Shown here: positions 60,905-64,000 of the stretch, piece after piece
Numbering within the stretch: the first letter of the stretch is position 1
Layout: each line of letters opens with the position of its first letter
NCBI GenBank assembly: GCA_943372845.1
Contig: CALSAD010000015.1
Location: 1,389 to 65,388 of the forward strand
Source: Chitinophaga pinensis
GTDB lineage: Bacteria > Bacteroidota > Bacteroidia > Chitinophagales > Chitinophagaceae
Length of the DNA stretch: 64,000 bases
Reading direction: 5' to 3'
Notes under the pieces: model-generated
The model's input: the letters and a program-made list of their open reading frames with translations, nothing else
Database searches by the model: none
What the model was told of the DNA's origin: nothing
Made by a program: the position numbers and the translations under genes

Positions 60905-62860
60905 ATGCGAAACTCTCGGAAAGCCGCCATATATGTTGCCACTATTTTTTTGTTGCCACCACTGGCTGCGCAGGTAACAGAACGTGACCTGCTGGCAAAA
61001 TTTTCTTTAGCAGCTATTAAGCAAAGCCTGATTCCCAAAAATGAATGGAAGCCTTTCCCAAAGCAGGCAGCAGATTGGAGGCAACAAGTGCCGGATAGTG
61101 CACGGCAAGCCATAATTGCACAGGCAGAATTGGGCAATACCATTCCTTTTACAACCATCCCTGCAACAGTAACACTCGAATATGTGCGTACCGGTAACCG
61201 GGTTAATTACGAGAAACTATCTTTTGAAAAAAGAAACCGTTTGTTTACTCTGGTATTGGCCGAGTCAATGGAAAACAAAGGCAGGTTTACCGATGCTATT
61301 GTAAATGGGGTATGGAATATTTGTGAAGAAACGTATTGGGGTGTAACCGCCCATATCAGCACGCAGAAAAAGGGTAGGGGATTGCCTGATGTAGCAGACC
61401 CAACGGTTGACCTGTTTGGCGCAGAAACCGCAGCCTTATTGGCTTTAACGGATTATTTCACAGGTGCTAAACTGGATAGTGTATCTCCCCGCGTGCGTGA
61501 AAGAATCAGTTGGGAAGTGAATCGTAAAATTCTCAATAGTTACGAAAATGAAGTGGCTCGCTATAATTATTTTGGGAATGGGAGGAAAAATGTAAAAGTT
61601 AATAACTGGGATCCCTGGGTGGTGAGTAATTGTGTAACAGCATTTTTATTATTGGAAAAGGATGAGGAGCGTAGAGCGAAACTGGTAGCCCATTCGCTAT
61701 CACTGCTTGACCTGTACATCAACGGATTGGGTGAAGATGGTGCAACAGATGAAGGCCCCTCGTATTGGTCTGCTGCCGGTCTTGCTTTGTTTGATGGATT
61801 GTATACGATCGCCGATGCTACCCGGCAAAAAATTTCTGTATTCGATCATCCGATAATCAAACAACTTGGCACCTACATTTATAAAACACATATTGACGAT
61901 GATTATTTTGTGAATGTGGCTGATGCAACACCCAAAATAAAAGCAGATGGCGTGGGCATCTATCGTTTTGGAAAAGCAGTGAAAGATGAAGCCATGATGG
62001 GTTTTGGTTCATGGGCCTACCGAAATATACAGGACAATAGACCTAAAGTAGAATCTTTTTTTAAACAACGCCAATTATACAATCTGCTGAGCATTGCGGA
62101 GTGTGCGGCAGCACAACCTAATGAAAACCGGCAGCAAAGCATGTACTTACCCAGCGTGGAATTAATGACAGCAAGAACACAGAGTAATTTGTTTATCTCT
62201 TCACATGGAGGAAACAATGCAGAAAGCCATAACCATAATGATGTGGGTGATTTTATTGTGTATGCAGATGGGGCACCAGTAATTATTGATGCAGGTAAGG
62301 GAACGTATATGGCCATTACTTTTTCGCGTGAACGGTATTCTTTGTGGTACAACACATCGGCCTACCACAACCTGCCGCTGATCAATGGCATACAGCAGGA
62401 AGCAACGGCTGCTGCGAAGGCAAATAAGGTACTCTTCAATAATAACAATGGGATTACCCGGTTCAATATGGATCTAACCAAAGCGTATCCGGAAAAAGCG
62501 GGATTGCAATCATGGAACAGATCTATTCTTGTAGATGCATTAAAGAATCATATCGAGATCAAAGATGCCTATCAATTTACGGCAGCCAATACCTCTCTTT
62601 CACAAACTTTAATGACGGTTTGCGCTACAGATCTGTCAATGCAAGGCAAAATTATTTTCACCACAGAGAAGAATAAAAAAGTACAGTTAACCTACGATGC
62701 AGCAGAATGGACCATCAGCAAAGAAGCCATGCCATTAACAGAACCACACGAACAACAAGTGAAAACAAACTGGAATAATAAAACCATCTGGCGCATTTTG
62801 CTCACCAATACATCACATAAACTGAAAGGAGTTTTTACTTATTCAATTGAAAATCAATAG
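60905..62860 (+). CDS. Heparinase II/III-family polysaccharide lyase-like protein
   Basis: Signal peptide, N-terminal alpha/alpha toroid-like region, and the C-terminal motif HNHNDVGDFIVYADGAPVIIDAGKGTY. Confidence 0.8.
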   Translation: MRNSRKAAIYVATIFLLPPLAAQVTERDLLAKFSLAAIKQSLIPKNEWKPFPKQAADWRQQVPDSARQAIIAQAELGNTIPFTTIPATVTLEYVRTGNRVNYEKLSFEKRNRLFTLVLAESMENKGRFTDAIVNGVWNICEETYWGVTAHISTQKKGRGLPDVADPTVDLFGAETAALLALTDYFTGAKLDSVSPRVRERISWEVNRKILNSYENEVARYNYFGNGRKNVKVNNWDPWVVSNCVTAFLLLEKDEERRAKLVAHSLSLLDLYINGLGEDGATDEGPSYWSAAGLALFDGLYTIADATRQKISVFDHPIIKQLGTYIYKTHIDDDYFVNVADATPKIKADGVGIYRFGKAVKDEAMMGFGSWAYRNIQDNRPKVESFFKQRQLYNLLSIAECAAAQPNENRQQSMYLPSVELMTARTQSNLFISSHGGNNAESHNHNDVGDFIVYADGAPVIIDAGKGTYMAITFSRERYSLWYNTSAYHNLPLINGIQQEATAAAKANKVLFNNNNGITRFNMDLTKAYPEKAGLQSWNRSILVDALKNHIEIKDAYQFTAANTSLSQTLMTVCATDLSMQGKIIFTTEKNKKVQLTYDAAEWTISKEAMPLTEPHEQQVKTNWNNKTIWRILLTNTSHKLKGVFTYSIENQ

Positions 62861-63044
62861 AAAGTGGGTGCATGATTTTTTCGGGATTTTTTGTTAGTAT
62901 TTATCTGTTATTCACTGGTATTACTAGTGTATATTTTATATTTTAGCAGCGCAGTGTATACCAAAACTATCCATGTTAACTGCTTTTTTCTGCAAAGCTG
63001 ATTAAATCTGATATCCAATTGCTGTGCAGGAGATCAATACTCCT

Positions 63045-64000
63045 ATGAAAAATATTGATATTGTATTTTTTGATGCAGCTTCCGGACATCGTTCCGCAGC
63101 GGTAGCTGTACAAAAAGCTTTACAGGCCATTCATCCTGACTGGGATATCCAGACCATTAATATTGTAAACATCTTTGATCATCACAAAACATTTGGCAAA
63201 ATTGTCCGAAAAGGCATCGCTCGCTTTAATCAACAATTGGTAAGAGATAAGGTATTTGATTTGGGAGGTCAGATCAATCTTTCGTTGCTATTTCACGATA
63301 CGGTTTATTCGCGTGGTATTCGGCGCATAGCTACCTACTGGAATCAGCGTGTGCCTGATGTAGTGATATCCGTTACACCCATGTATAATCCTGTTTTGTA
63401 CAAAGCCGCCAGGCTGGTAAATGCTCAAGTACAATGCATTACCATACCCGTTGATTTTGAGGAGGTTAAACCGCGATATTGGTTTACGCCCAAAGTACCG
63501 CAATATTATATTCTTTCTACAGAAAGATTAGCTGTTCAAGCCAGGCGTGCAAAGATCGAAGAGCGATTCATTTCGCAGATTCCGGGAATGATCGTAGACC
63601 CATCTTCTTACCAGAAAATCAGTATCGATAAAAAGAAAGTATTACAGGATTTGCAGTTACGACCGGATTATCCAACCGTATTTTTATCATTCGGCGGGCA
63701 GGGGTCTCTCCGCTCGATGGAAATAGCGGTGGAAATAGAAAAAGAAAAATTGCCAGTGAACCTGATTTGTATGTGCGGAAAAAATGAAAAATTATTTCAG
63801 GAATTAACTAACTTTAAGACATCTTATCCCAAAGCAGTTTTCAGCTATACCAAAGAAACACCGCTGTATTACCTGCATCTCTCCGATTTTGCCATAGGGA
63901 AACCTGGTGCCATGACCATCACAGAGGCACTGATAACTGAAACACCACAGATTGCTTTGCAAAGTACCGGTATGAGACCGGTACAAAAAGGAAATGAAAG
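63045..64000 (+). CDS. GT-B glycosyltransferase (MGDG-synthase / GT28-like), 3'-truncated by the window edge
   Basis: Not in the ORF track because no stop is reached. My manual translation from the ATG at 63045 is open to the window end: MKNIDIVFFDAASGHRSAA...FGGQGS...GKPGAMTITEAL. Confidence 0.7.
   Translation, partial: MKNIDIVFFDAASGHRSAAVAVQKALQAIHPDWDIQTINIVNIFDHHKTFGKIVRKGIARFNQQLVRDKVFDLGGQINLSLLFHDTVYSRGIRRIATYWNQRVPDVVISVTPMYNPVLYKAARLVNAQVQCITIPVDFEEVKPRYWFTPKVPQYYILSTERLAVQARRAKIEERFISQIPGMIVDPSSYQKISIDKKKVLQDLQLRPDYPTVFLSFGGQGSLRSMEIAVEIEKEKLPVNLICMCGKNEKLFQELTNFKTSYPKAVFSYTKETPLYYLHLSDFAIGKPGAMTITEALITETPQIALQSTGMRPVQKGNE

Overview
This 64-kb chromosomal window looks like a Bacteroidota genome. 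It has a SusC/SusD pair, many Tat-signal Gfo/Idh/MocA oxidoreductases and a TAnnTTTG-type promoter box; a Chitinophagia/Sphingobacteriia-like origin is only an inference from gene content. About 50 protein genes are supported, and I found no rRNA, tRNA, CRISPR, transposase or integrase. The core content has three parts. (1) A LacI-linked polysaccharide-utilisation region: LacI, GH88, SusD and SusC on the minus strand. On the plus strand are ThuA, ThuB-like and other periplasmic oxidoreductases, an orphan TonB plug, UxuB-like SDR, UxaC, a tandem DUF1080 protein, an EamA transporter and a YiaK-like dehydrogenase. (2) A rhamnosidase/esterase block: PhyH dioxygenase, SASA esterase, GH78, a GH5-like enzyme and a GH78-like enzyme. 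(3) A ten-gene assimilatory sulfate-to-cysteine operon: cysH, cysD, cysN, cysE, cysK, cobA, cysJ, cysI, DUF2490 and sirC. The most unusual signal is two A+T-rich (by eye) accessory islets at about 1.95-7.34 kb and 34.37-37.24 kb. Unrelated, co-oriented small genes there, including two toxin-antitoxin modules, are each followed by a shared ~140-205-nt structured repeat (R1). Its ends have the polarity of integron attC sites (..GCTAAC ... GTTRRRY), yet no integrase is in view. This fits a CALIN-like cassette array or a new structured repeat or mobile-element system. The same islets carry a ~300-bp MITE-like element (R2). The whole window is also dense in at least three other families of palindromic REP-like intergenic repeats. 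All calls rest on reading the translations and the DNA by eye; no database search or folding was run.
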